Positions 32,044 to 41,183 of a DNA stretch of 64,000 nucleotides are shown here, piece by piece. Within the stretch, counting starts at the first letter, position 1. Every line of letters begins with the position of its first letter. The DNA is from Phycisphaerales bacterium (GTDB taxonomy: Bacteria; Planctomycetota; Phycisphaerae; Phycisphaerales; UBA1924): the NCBI GenBank assembly GCA_965232505.1, contig OZ246976.1:1694757-1758756 (forward strand), given 5' to 3'. A program made the position numbers and the translations under genes. Below the pieces are notes generated by a model. It was not told the DNA's origin. It was given only the letters and a program-made list of their open reading frames with translations, and made no database searches.

Positions 32044-32646
32044 TCAGGCGGGTGCGGCTTGGGATTTCATAGCTGAGAGCAGTGATGACCACTGATCAGC
32101 CAGTTCATTGAGATCATACTCGATCACGTCTCCGAGCAAAGACCAATCTTCGTTTTTGAGCGTTTCTCGGACATCTCCGAGCGACTTGGATAGCTTCTCG
32201 ACGATCTGAGTCGCGGGCTGCTGATCAACAGTGAGGGTGTTGATGTCAAGATCGGTAATCTGGGTAATCTGGTCAACGATGTCCCGCATGGCTTGCCAGC
32301 CTTCCATGATCGCGCGGAGGGTCTGCATCGCGTTGTCCATGTCGTCCTCGCGGAGCTGCTGAGCGCCGGCTTGCTGATCCGCTTTGAGCAGCGCGATGGA
32401 TTCGATCGCGGTCTCGATCGTGTCGCTGACGAGCGACGCGGTGTCGGCGGTGGTGAAGTGGAGATCGGTGATAGGGGGGAGGTTCTCCATGCTCTCTTCG
32501 AAGAACGCGTCGGTCGCGGGCTGGCCGTTGACGAGGATGTCGACGATGAGTCGTCCCTGGGACTCCGCGTGGAGTCGAGCGGTCTCGAGCGCGGTGTCGA
32601 GGTCGTCGGTTTGTTCGATCTGCGTGTCGTCGATCCAGATGTTCAT
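32044..32646 (-). CDS. Hypothetical acidic helical protein
   Basis: 200-aa D/E/Q-rich ORF with no signal peptide and no recognised motif. Confidence 0.6.
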   Translation of the reverse strand: MNIWIDDTQIEQTDDLDTALETARLHAESQGRLIVDILVNGQPATDAFFEESMENLPPITDLHFTTADTASLVSDTIETAIESIALLKADQQAGAQQLREDDMDNAMQTLRAIMEGWQAMRDIVDQITQITDLDINTLTVDQQPATQIVEKLSKSLGDVRETLKNEDWSLLGDVIEYDLNELADQWSSLLSAMKSQAAPA

Positions 32647-32671
32647 GTGCTTTCCGATCAGTGTGTTTTGT

Positions 32672-33286
32672 TCAGGTAGTCGGTTGGGTCGAGGAATGGG
32701 TTTCGAGTTGTGGTTCGCTTCTGCGTTTCTGTTTATGGAGGAGACGCAGGTTGCGTGCGTAGATGACGATCCCTGTGGATTGTCCCATGACGCCGACGAT
32801 GTCGACGCGCCAGACGAAGTAGGTGAAGAGGCAGATGCCTCCGATGAAGCTGAACCACCAGAAGATTTCGGGGACGGTCGAGACCTGCGAGCGCTCGGAG
32901 ACGATCCACTGGATGAACATGCGTCCGAAGAACGCGGTCTGTCCGATGAGTCCGATCGCGACGAATCCGAAGGTGCTCCAGCTCGTGATGTTGAAGAATC
33001 CGAGGAGGTGTCTTTCGAGTGCTGGTCGCGCGTTCCAGTGTTCGACCTGCGATGAGATGAACGCGTCGAGTTCTGCGGGAGTTAGCAACTCGTCGGATCG
33101 CAGGGATGCGGGCGCGATGATCTTGTACTGGACCTGCTCTCCGGTGTGGGAGCGCATGAGCATGATCTCGTGGGCGCCGACGGAGACGGTGAGATCGGTC
33201 GCGGAGCGCGAGAGCGCTGGTTGGAGGACCAGCCACATCCCGAGAAACACAAGGAGGATCATCGCGATGATTGGGCCTGACTTCAT
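32672..33286 (-). CDS. Membrane protein with lipid-A-biosynthesis N-terminal (LAB_N) type domain
   Basis: GLIGQTAFFGRMFIQWIVSERS...VPEIFWWFSFIGGICLFTYFV pattern typical of LAB_N. There is a 4-nt overlap with the upstream GT2 gene. Confidence 0.7.
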   Translation of the reverse strand: MKSGPIIAMILLVFLGMWLVLQPALSRSATDLTVSVGAHEIMLMRSHTGEQVQYKIIAPASLRSDELLTPAELDAFISSQVEHWNARPALERHLLGFFNITSWSTFGFVAIGLIGQTAFFGRMFIQWIVSERSQVSTVPEIFWWFSFIGGICLFTYFVWRVDIVGVMGQSTGIVIYARNLRLLHKQKRRSEPQLETHSSTQPTT

Positions 33287-34155
33287 GCGTTGATGGTTTC
33301 TGAGTTCTCTGTGTTGGTTTCGGTCTTGGTATCTGCCGTGTGTATCTCTGGTATCGGCTCGATGGTTGCTTCGACAGAAGTCACTGGACGACGTCGGTTA
33401 CGCATCCATCGCATCGCGAAGAGGTCGATGAGTCCTGGGAGGGCGCGCTTGGTGATGCCCATGCCGTATTTGGGTTCGCCGGCGTGTCGGTTGCGGTGGT
33501 TGACGGGCATCTCGACGACGGTGTATCCCATGTGACGAGCGGTCGCGGGGATGAAGCGGTGCGCGCCCTTGAACTCGAGCGGGAGCTTAAGCGCGATCTC
33601 GCGTTTCATGATGCGGAGCGAGCATCCCGTGTCGGTGATGGAATCTCCGAGGACCCAGAGTCTGAACTTGCGTCCAACCCACGATCCGAACTGTCGGATT
33701 GTTGCGTCGCCTTGCTTGCGGACGGCGGAGCGGTCGCCTTGCACGAAGTCGGCACCGGAGGATTCGAGGAGCTTGAGCATCGCGGGGATGTCGGCGGGGT
33801 CGTTCTGGAGGTCCGCATCGAGGGTCGCGATGAGTCGTCCGCGTGCGGCGCGGAATCCGGCGTGGAACGCGGCGGATTGGCCGTTGCCTGAACCTTTGGG
33901 GGTGTTGGTCATCGTGATGCAGCGGAGCCAGGGGCGCTGTGACTGATGAGCGAGTGTTTTTTCGGAGGTGGAGTCTGTGGAGCCGTCGTTGACGACGATG
34001 AACTCGAAGGGGATGGAGAGGGGCTCGCACGCGGCTTCGATCTCCTGGATGAGTAGATCGATGTTCTCTTCCTCGTTGTGCGCCGGCGCAAGCACGGTCA
34101 GCTCGATATTCGAGATCGTGAGGTCTGGATTGGTGGAGGGAGATTGCGTGTCCAT
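33283..34155 (-). CDS. Family 2 glycosyltransferase, polyprenyl-phosphate sugar transferase type (ArnC/DPM1-like)
   Basis: VLAPAHNEEENI, VVNDGSTDST, ATLDADLQNDP (DxD region), and a basic C-terminal tail. Confidence 0.85.
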   Translation of the reverse strand: MDTQSPSTNPDLTISNIELTVLAPAHNEEENIDLLIQEIEAACEPLSIPFEFIVVNDGSTDSTSEKTLAHQSQRPWLRCITMTNTPKGSGNGQSAAFHAGFRAARGRLIATLDADLQNDPADIPAMLKLLESSGADFVQGDRSAVRKQGDATIRQFGSWVGRKFRLWVLGDSITDTGCSLRIMKREIALKLPLEFKGAHRFIPATARHMGYTVVEMPVNHRNRHAGEPKYGMGITKRALPGLIDLFAMRWMRNRRRPVTSVEATIEPIPEIHTADTKTETNTENSETINA

Positions 34156-34230
34156 TGAGGTTCCTGAGCGGGCCGTCTATCCTAGAGTCTCTACCCCGAT
34201 TTGGCAGGAAATACACGGAGACACCTCGAT

Positions 34231-34632
34231 ATGCACTTCCATGAAGAAGAGAATGTTGGTCCTCAGACTGTTCCGGTCCGGATTATCCTTGAGAATCCAG
34301 AGGAACTCAACGAGGACGGCTCCGACAAGGCCGAGCATGAACTGATGGCGGCGAAGGGGGAACACCTGCTGAATCTGGCGCTCCGCAACCACATCAACAT
34401 CGAGCACTCCTGCGGCGGGGTTTGCGCGTGTTCGACCTGTCACGTGTATGTCGAGCAGGGGATGGACTCGCTGACTGAAGCGGAAGAGGAAGAGGACGAT
34501 CGCGTGGAGGAAGCTCCGGGGCTCCAGATCAACTCGCGTCTGGCGTGTCAGTGCGAGATCGAGGGGGACGGCCCGATCGTGGTGCGTGTCCCGGCGTGGA
34601 ACCGCAACGCGATCAAGGAAGTGCCTCACTAG
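34231..34632 (+). CDS. 2Fe-2S ferredoxin (adrenodoxin/Fdx type)
   Basis: CGGVCACSTCH ... LACQ cluster-ligand pattern. The ATG at 34231 has GGAGA upstream. The ORF track begins at TTG 34201. Confidence 0.85.
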   Translation: MHFHEEENVGPQTVPVRIILENPEELNEDGSDKAEHELMAAKGEHLLNLALRNHINIEHSCGGVCACSTCHVYVEQGMDSLTEAEEEEDDRVEEAPGLQINSRLACQCEIEGDGPIVVRVPAWNRNAIKEVPH

Positions 34633-34677
34633 GGTCGTTCCGGTGTGCTGATGGGATCAATGCTCTATCCTATCGGT

Positions 34678-36252
34678 ATGAAGAAACTGTCTTTGCTCCA
34701 GATCACCACGCTCGCTTTGCTTGCGATGCTGTTTGCTGTCCCGTGTGCCGCGTCTGCTGATGCGGGTGATGAGGGCGCGAAGAAGAAGCACAACTGGATC
34801 ATGAACCCTGTTTGGGCGTTCATGCGTGTCGAGGTTCCGAAACCTGAGGACCTTGACGGCGCGAAGGGGTTTGGGCTGGTCATCACCAACTCAGACTTTG
34901 ACGATCCGGAGGAGGGGTTCGCGTGGGATGAACCGAACCATCCCAATGCGATCGGGATCGGGTTTGATGTACACAATCCGCCTCCGACGGATATCGAGCC
35001 GGATGAGAACGGGCGCGTGATGGGGTGGTTTGATGAGTTCGGGAACTGGTACGATCGTCCGCAGCGGGAAGTGTCTGTGCATGTCGATGGTCAGGAGCGG
35101 ATCAATGTGCTGTCTCCTGTGGAGTTCCGGACCGGAGAGCAGGTCGATATCGCGATCCAGCTCAACTACGTCACGGGCGGGGCGCACATCGTTGTGCTGA
35201 TCAACGGCGAGGTGGTGATCGATGACATGCTCTGGGGGGTGCGTGCTGGGTTGTGCAACTTGACGAGCGGGACGATCGGGGATTCGATCAAGATCAAGTC
35301 CGCGCGGATCATGGATCACGAGCTCAAGAAGGGGGACTACCAGGAGCCGGTGCGTGTGTCGGTTTTTGAGAAGGAACTGCTCACCAACGCGGCTTGGCTC
35401 AAGTCCGATGTTGATTTTTCAGAGATCCCTGAGAGTGTCGGGCGCGTGATCGCGACGCTGACGCTGAGTGAGCCGGAGGTGGGGTACGACCACTGGGACA
35501 AGAAGGGGACGATCGGGATACGAGTACCTTCAGAGGGTGAAGAGGAAGCGGAGCGGTTCGAGGTGTTCCGGTTTATTACGCCGTATCGGAGGGGGTGGAC
35601 GTGGTATATGGATGTGACGGATCTGCTGCCGTTGTTTAAAGATGCTCGCGAGTTTGATGCGCACATCGGGACGTACATGAAGGGTTGGCTGGTGAGCTTT
35701 GATCTGGATTTTTATCCTGGGGAGCTTGAGCGTGAGCCCATCAAGGTCGTGAACTTGTGGAACGGGAACGCGGATATTGGTGATCCTGAGAAGCCGGTCG
35801 AGGATTTCTATGTGGATCGTGTGGTTGAGGTCCCGGAGGGCACCACGCACGCACGCGTCCGCGCGACTGTGACGGGGCATGGGATGTTCCCCAACTCCAA
35901 GAACGCTGGGGAGTTCATGCCGATCTGGAGGACGCTGACGATCAGCAGCGAGGCGAACGAGGGCGATGTGCTCGAGCAGGATTTCATCAGTAAGTCTGAG
36001 CGGAATCATCTGTGGAAGACGGATGTGTATCTGAATCCGTGTAGGCCTCAGGGGGGGACGTGGAAGTTCGATCGTTCGGGATGGGCGCCGGGGGATAAGG
36101 TCGAAGCTTGGAAAGTGGATGTGCAATCCGAGTTCATGTTCGGCGAGACGATTACCATTGAGTACGATCTCGACGAGTACCTCAACGAGGGGCGAGGCGA
36201 GACCTGGGCGCCGCACCACTGGACCGATGCGGTGGTGGTCTTCTACAAGTAA
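34678..36252 (+). CDS. Secreted hypothetical protein; the C-terminal half weakly resembles PNGase F-type beta-sandwich domains
   Basis: Signal peptide MKKLSLLQITTLALLAMLFAVPCAASA. The motif GGTWKFDRSGWAPGDKV recalls PNGase F C-terminal domain proteins; this similarity is low confidence. Confidence 0.65.
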   Translation: MKKLSLLQITTLALLAMLFAVPCAASADAGDEGAKKKHNWIMNPVWAFMRVEVPKPEDLDGAKGFGLVITNSDFDDPEEGFAWDEPNHPNAIGIGFDVHNPPPTDIEPDENGRVMGWFDEFGNWYDRPQREVSVHVDGQERINVLSPVEFRTGEQVDIAIQLNYVTGGAHIVVLINGEVVIDDMLWGVRAGLCNLTSGTIGDSIKIKSARIMDHELKKGDYQEPVRVSVFEKELLTNAAWLKSDVDFSEIPESVGRVIATLTLSEPEVGYDHWDKKGTIGIRVPSEGEEEAERFEVFRFITPYRRGWTWYMDVTDLLPLFKDAREFDAHIGTYMKGWLVSFDLDFYPGELEREPIKVVNLWNGNADIGDPEKPVEDFYVDRVVEVPEGTTHARVRATVTGHGMFPNSKNAGEFMPIWRTLTISSEANEGDVLEQDFISKSERNHLWKTDVYLNPCRPQGGTWKFDRSGWAPGDKVEAWKVDVQSEFMFGETITIEYDLDEYLNEGRGETWAPHHWTDAVVVFYK

Positions 36253-36263
36253 TCGAGATTCAT

Positions 36264-36980
36264 ATGGCACAACGCAAGCTCCATGACAAGTACTTCAAGC
36301 AAGCGAAACGCGAGGGCTACGTCGCGCGCTCCGCGTACAAGCTGCTGGAGATTCAGCAGCGGCGAAAGCTCATCCGCAAGGGGGATCGCGTGCTCGATCT
36401 GGGGTGCGCGCCGGGATCGTGGATGCAGGTCGCGGAGAAGCTTGTGGGTCCGGATGGATTGGTGGTGGGGATTGATCTGCAAAGAGTCTCAACGCCGTTT
36501 GGTGAGAACGTGCGGATCGTGCAGGGTGACTTTACGAAGGTGGACATCGCGGAGCTGCTGCCTCCCAAGGTGATGCAGCAGAAGAAGGTGTTTGATAAAC
36601 CTGATGATGAGCAGCCGGAACCAGAGCTGGTGCAGCCGTTGTTCGATGTGGTGATGTCGGACATGGCGCCCTCGACGACGGGGCACGGCGATCACTTCTT
36701 CTCTGAGCGTTTGTGTCAGGTGATCGTGGACGAGCTCCCGAATCTACTCAAGAAGAACGGCAACTGCACGATGAAGGTGCTCGAGGGCGAGACCTTCCCT
36801 GATCTCCTGAATCGTGTGAAAAAAGCGTTCCGCACGGCGGGGGCGATCAAACCCGACGCGTGCCGAGACGTGTCGCGTGAGACGTATATCTTCGGGATCG
36901 GGTTCAATCCATCGAAGGTGCGCGTGCGCGGGGATCAGGGACCGAAGGGGCTGCAAGCGCCGCCGGGTTGGGGCGAGTGA
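36264..36980 (+). CDS. rlmE: 23S rRNA (uridine-2'-O)-methyltransferase RlmE/FtsJ
   Basis: YFKQAKREGYVARSAYKLLEI, VLDLGCAPGSW, VMSDMAP, K...E catalytic layout. Confidence 0.9.
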   Translation: MAQRKLHDKYFKQAKREGYVARSAYKLLEIQQRRKLIRKGDRVLDLGCAPGSWMQVAEKLVGPDGLVVGIDLQRVSTPFGENVRIVQGDFTKVDIAELLPPKVMQQKKVFDKPDDEQPEPELVQPLFDVVMSDMAPSTTGHGDHFFSERLCQVIVDELPNLLKKNGNCTMKVLEGETFPDLLNRVKKAFRTAGAIKPDACRDVSRETYIFGIGFNPSKVRVRGDQGPKGLQAPPGWGE

Positions 36981-38752
36981 GTTTTTTAGCGCCCATCGCG
37001 GGACTGATCGCGGGCGGGATCGGCTCGACGCTCGTGGTCCTGTTCTGGATGCTCAGACTCCGCAGACGTCCGGTGCGTGTGTCCTCGACGCTGCTGTGGA
37101 AGAAATCGGTGCGTGATCTTGAGGGCAATATCCCTTGGCAGCGCGTGCGTCCGTCGTTCTTGTTGTTTCTGCAGCTGCTCGCGGTGCTGCTGCTGGCGAT
37201 CGCGATCGCTCGTCCGACGCGCGATGCGTCGGTGATCGTGAGCGGCGAGGTCGTGGTCGTGATCGATGCGGGCGCATCGATGAAAGCGGTCGCGGAGATC
37301 GATGGGACGACTCGGCTCCAAATTGCGCAGCGGGACGCATCGGCGCTGGTCAAGCAGATCGGGAGCCGATCGTCCTCGGCGCGGTTCCGGGTAATCCGAT
37401 CGGGGAACCAGGCGCAGCTGGTCAGCGGACGATCCGGGACATGGAGACAAGCGGTCGCGGCGATCAACAGCATCGAGGCGAGCGACTCGGCATCGGACCT
37501 GAGCAGCGAGATGGAGTTGGTCGAGGCGATGCGGTCCGGAGAATCAACGGATGAGGAGTCGGCTGTTGATTCGATGACGACGTACGTCTTTACCGATGAT
37601 GCGGACGCGGGACTTGGGGACGCGATCGTGCGTGTGCCGCGTGTTGATCCGAGTCGAGCCAGTGAGATCGGGAATGTGGGGATCGCAGTGCTCGCGGCTC
37701 AGCGTGATCAGTCCGATGCGGATCGGTGCCGAGTGTTTGTGACGATCGCGGGACGTATTCCTGTCAAGACGGGTGTTGTGGTGCAAGCGACGGCTGATGG
37801 GTCGGTGCTCGCGTCACGCGCGGTCGAGCTTGTTCCAAACGACGACGGTGTCGCGGAGTCCACGGCGACGTTGGTGTTTGATCTCGATCGCGCGGCGCTG
37901 GTTGAGGTTTCCATCGAGCGCGATGATGCGCTGCCGAGCGATAATCAAGCGTGGGCGATGGTTCCGGATCCCTCCCCGATCGTGACGACGGTGGTCGCGC
38001 GCGACGGCGTCGCGGATCCGCTGCTGGTCGATGTGATCGGTGCGGCGACGGGGGGGCGTGTCGATGTGGCCGCTGAGGGGGAGTCGGTGTCTGGTGCGAC
38101 GGGGCTGATGGTGTACGACCGGGTCGAGCGTGATCCGAGGGTGCTGCTGCCGACGATCTCGTTTGTGGGAGCAGAGACTGAGGACGCGACGCTGCGGCGC
38201 GTGCTGAGCTGGGAGCGCGGGCATCCGACGATGCGGGATGTCGACCTCGGAGGTCTGCGTTATGTCGGCGGCGCAGCGCTTGAGGGCGAGGCGTTGGCGA
38301 TCAGTGCTTCTGGTGCGGTGATTGCTGAGGTCGCGGAGGGCGGGGTTCGGCATTTGGCGGTTGGGTTTGCGCTCGAGGATTCGAACTGGGGGGTGCAGAT
38401 CTCGATGCCGATCTTCATGTCCAACGCGGTGGGGTATCTGCTTCCAGGCACCAGCGGCTCGGGGCGCGTGTATCGCACCGGTCATCCGATCGGTGAAGCG
38501 GGGATGGTCGTTGATGAGGTGGGGCTCGTCGAAGTTGATGGCGAGACGATCGGTGTCGCGCTGCTCGATCGCGAGCAGTCGGTACGCGCGGGGATGGTGT
38601 TTACGGGCGATGACGATGCTGGGAGCACGCAAGCGATCGCGTTGGCTGGTACAAGCGGGCGTGTTGAGCTATGGAGATGGTTCGTGCTCGCGGGGCTGTG
38701 CGTGCTCACGCTCGAGTGGGTGATTGATCTCTCGCGCCGGCGGATTGCGTAA
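36977..38752 (+). CDS. BatA-type N-terminal double-TM anchored protein with VWA-like region
   Basis: N-terminus VSFLAPIAGLIAGG...RRRPVRVSSTLLW...QLLAVLLLAIAIARP is typical of aerotolerance BatA-domain proteins. It has a C-terminal TM helix. The GTG at 36977 overlaps the rlmE stop. Confidence 0.75.
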   Translation: MSFLAPIAGLIAGGIGSTLVVLFWMLRLRRRPVRVSSTLLWKKSVRDLEGNIPWQRVRPSFLLFLQLLAVLLLAIAIARPTRDASVIVSGEVVVVIDAGASMKAVAEIDGTTRLQIAQRDASALVKQIGSRSSSARFRVIRSGNQAQLVSGRSGTWRQAVAAINSIEASDSASDLSSEMELVEAMRSGESTDEESAVDSMTTYVFTDDADAGLGDAIVRVPRVDPSRASEIGNVGIAVLAAQRDQSDADRCRVFVTIAGRIPVKTGVVVQATADGSVLASRAVELVPNDDGVAESTATLVFDLDRAALVEVSIERDDALPSDNQAWAMVPDPSPIVTTVVARDGVADPLLVDVIGAATGGRVDVAAEGESVSGATGLMVYDRVERDPRVLLPTISFVGAETEDATLRRVLSWERGHPTMRDVDLGGLRYVGGAALEGEALAISASGAVIAEVAEGGVRHLAVGFALEDSNWGVQISMPIFMSNAVGYLLPGTSGSGRVYRTGHPIGEAGMVVDEVGLVEVDGETIGVALLDREQSVRAGMVFTGDDDAGSTQAIALAGTSGRVELWRWFVLAGLCVLTLEWVIDLSRRRIA

Positions 38753-38778
38753 GCGGATTCAAAGTGAACTGGTTGTTC

Positions 38779-40581
38779 TTATGGATTTGGGTTGATCCCG
38801 GTCCAGTTGGTGGTGTCGATGACGAATCGTCCCGGCTCGCTTTGCCAAGGCATCATGCGCCGCGGCCAGGCGCTGCGGTTGTTGGGGTCGATGCGTTCGA
38901 GTCCGATGAGCAGGAAGCCGTCGATGGTGAGGACTTGGGGAGGGAGGTCGATCTGAACGATCCAGCGGTCTTGATCGGTTGTGGAGATGATCCGTGTGTC
39001 TTCCGGGACGTCGTGATCGGAGCGGAACTCGACGACGCCGAGCTTTCGGGAGATGGTCCAGGAGGCGCGCGAAGCGTCCATCGGTCCGGTCCAGACTTTG
39101 ATCTGTGTGTCCTGATCGTGCTTCTTATCGTGCTTGGGATCTTGCTTGGGGTCGATGGCGCACTCGAGGTAAAGGCGCCAACCCTCGGCGTTGTTGGAGG
39201 AGATGATCGGCGCCTCGCGCATGATGAGTCCCGCGATCTGTTTCTCGTTGGGGGGGAGGAGTCCCAGCGCGGAGTTTCGGGAGCTCAGCGCGTTGAGGGT
39301 CCAGTCGTTGAGCATCGGACCCACGACGATCCCAGGGGGTGATCCAAGGGGGATGGATCCGAGCGACTGGAGCGTGATCCGATCGTTCCCGATCTGCGTG
39401 AGGATGGATCGGGGCTCGCTGATGTGTCCCGCTTTGGTGTCGATCGGTGTCGGGACGGCGATGGTGCGCGTGGACATCTGCGCGTGGGGGAGCTGATCGA
39501 CGAGCGGGTTGATGCTGCTGCTCTGGATGCGGACGAGCTGAGAGGTTTCCTCGTGGTGGACGCTCAGGACCCCGATGGTGGGGGAGGTGATGAGCGGATG
39601 GCGCGAGGGGTGTCCCGCGTCGTCGATGACCCACGACATGGCGCTGGGTTGGATCGCGAGCCAGCCACGCACGCGCTCGACGCGGAGCTCGTCGTTGACG
39701 AACGGCGAGAGCAGGTCGTGCGCCAGCGCTGAGAGCTGAGTCGTGTCGTCGGTCCACATCGGGACGAGCTGGTCATCGGCGGTGACTGTTCGCGTGAGCT
39801 GATGCTTGAGTCGATGCGCGACGTTTGGGTCGATGAGCCAGATGCGGCCGAGGATGATCTGCCAGCGAGCGGTGAAGTGGCTCGCGATCTCGTCGAGGAC
39901 GGAAACGCTATCGGTCTGAAGGAGTTCGGTGTGGATCGCGGTCAGATCGCGATCGGTGGTTGATGGGCCGGTGCGTTCGTTGGACGTGGGGTTGAATCCC
40001 TCGCTCATGAGTTTGGCGCGCCAGCGGTTGAACGGATCGGCGCGGAGACTCGTGAGCGCATCGCGGATGTAGGGGGAGCGCTGCTGCTCGGGATTCAGCG
40101 CGGCGTCCCAGAAGTGGTCGTTACTCCCTCGGCTGGATTCGAGGATCACGCGGAGGGGGGAGGGGAGCCAGTTGGGTTCGTAGCGGGTCTCGTCGATCCA
40201 GATCCCTTGACCCACAGCGTCGATCGGGAGGTCGATCAGCGCGATCCACGTGCCTCGCGGTGTGGAATTGGACTTGGTGTACTGAGTCGGCGTGAGCGAG
40301 TTCCAGATCGGGGTGCCTCGCGTCCAGTTGGTCGAGATGTTGGTGAAGGACGCGAAGACGAAGTGGGCGCTGGCGTCGATCTCTCGTCCGTCGTCGATCC
40401 GCACGTTGATCCCTGATTTGAGCTTGCTGGGGTCCTCGACCTTGATCGGGAGGACGAGCGGATGCGCGACGATCGCATCGACGCGGTCGCTCAGCGGCGT
40501 GACGTTCTGGGCTTGGAGGATCGGGCTCAGGAGCACCAGGAGGGGGATGAGGGACCGAAAAAACTGTGGAAACTGGTGCAT
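38779..40581 (-). CDS. Large secreted hypothetical protein
   Basis: Signal peptide MHQFPQFFRSLIPLLVLLSPILQAQN, coding-like composition, no recognised motif. Confidence 0.65.
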   Translation of the reverse strand: MHQFPQFFRSLIPLLVLLSPILQAQNVTPLSDRVDAIVAHPLVLPIKVEDPSKLKSGINVRIDDGREIDASAHFVFASFTNISTNWTRGTPIWNSLTPTQYTKSNSTPRGTWIALIDLPIDAVGQGIWIDETRYEPNWLPSPLRVILESSRGSNDHFWDAALNPEQQRSPYIRDALTSLRADPFNRWRAKLMSEGFNPTSNERTGPSTTDRDLTAIHTELLQTDSVSVLDEIASHFTARWQIILGRIWLIDPNVAHRLKHQLTRTVTADDQLVPMWTDDTTQLSALAHDLLSPFVNDELRVERVRGWLAIQPSAMSWVIDDAGHPSRHPLITSPTIGVLSVHHEETSQLVRIQSSSINPLVDQLPHAQMSTRTIAVPTPIDTKAGHISEPRSILTQIGNDRITLQSLGSIPLGSPPGIVVGPMLNDWTLNALSSRNSALGLLPPNEKQIAGLIMREAPIISSNNAEGWRLYLECAIDPKQDPKHDKKHDQDTQIKVWTGPMDASRASWTISRKLGVVEFRSDHDVPEDTRIISTTDQDRWIVQIDLPPQVLTIDGFLLIGLERIDPNNRSAWPRRMMPWQSEPGRFVIDTTNWTGINPNP

Positions 40582-40761
40582 TACACAAAAATACGCACAG
40601 AAAGGGGAATTGTGTTGCAACCGATTCGAGGATTCGGCAATACAGTAAGTGAGTGCTTACTTAGTGGGCCGAGCAAACTTCGGGATTCTGGCGGAATTGG
40701 TGTCAGGGTCTGGGATTGGGCGCGGTTCGTGGGTGAGACGGTCCCTTGAAGGAGGTTCACG

Positions 40762-41130
40762 ATGAAGGCAAGAAACTCGAAACGAAACAAACTCGCGATC
40801 ACTGGTGCTCTGGCGCTCGGTGTGGTGACGCTCGGTGGGTGTGACAACGCGGGTCAGGGGATGTTCTCAGGTGCCGCGCTTGGGGCATTGACCGGTCTGG
40901 CGCTGGGTTCATTGGACGGCAACGCCGGCGAGGGCGCGGTCGCGGGGACCATCATCGGAGCCGCGGGCGGCGCGATTCTCGGAGACATCAACGAGCGCGA
41001 GCGTGAGAACGCACGCTATCGCGGATCGGACCATCGCTACGACTCCCGATACGATCGTCGTCATCGCTCGCACTCCCATCGGCACGGTCACTACAACGAT
41101 CCGTGGTGGGAAGAGGACTGGTGCGATTGA
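40762..41130 (+). CDS. Glycine-zipper lipoprotein with His/Arg/Tyr-rich tail
   Basis: Lipobox LGGC. Glycine zipper GAALGALTGLALGSLDG...GTIIGAAGGAILG. Tail RYDSRYDRRHRSHSHRHGHY. Confidence 0.75.
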   Translation: MKARNSKRNKLAITGALALGVVTLGGCDNAGQGMFSGAALGALTGLALGSLDGNAGEGAVAGTIIGAAGGAILGDINERERENARYRGSDHRYDSRYDRRHRSHSHRHGHYNDPWWEEDWCD

Positions 41131-41183
41131 TTCGGGGGTTCTGATCGACCTCAAATCCCATTCCGTCAAACGCTTTGCGTATC

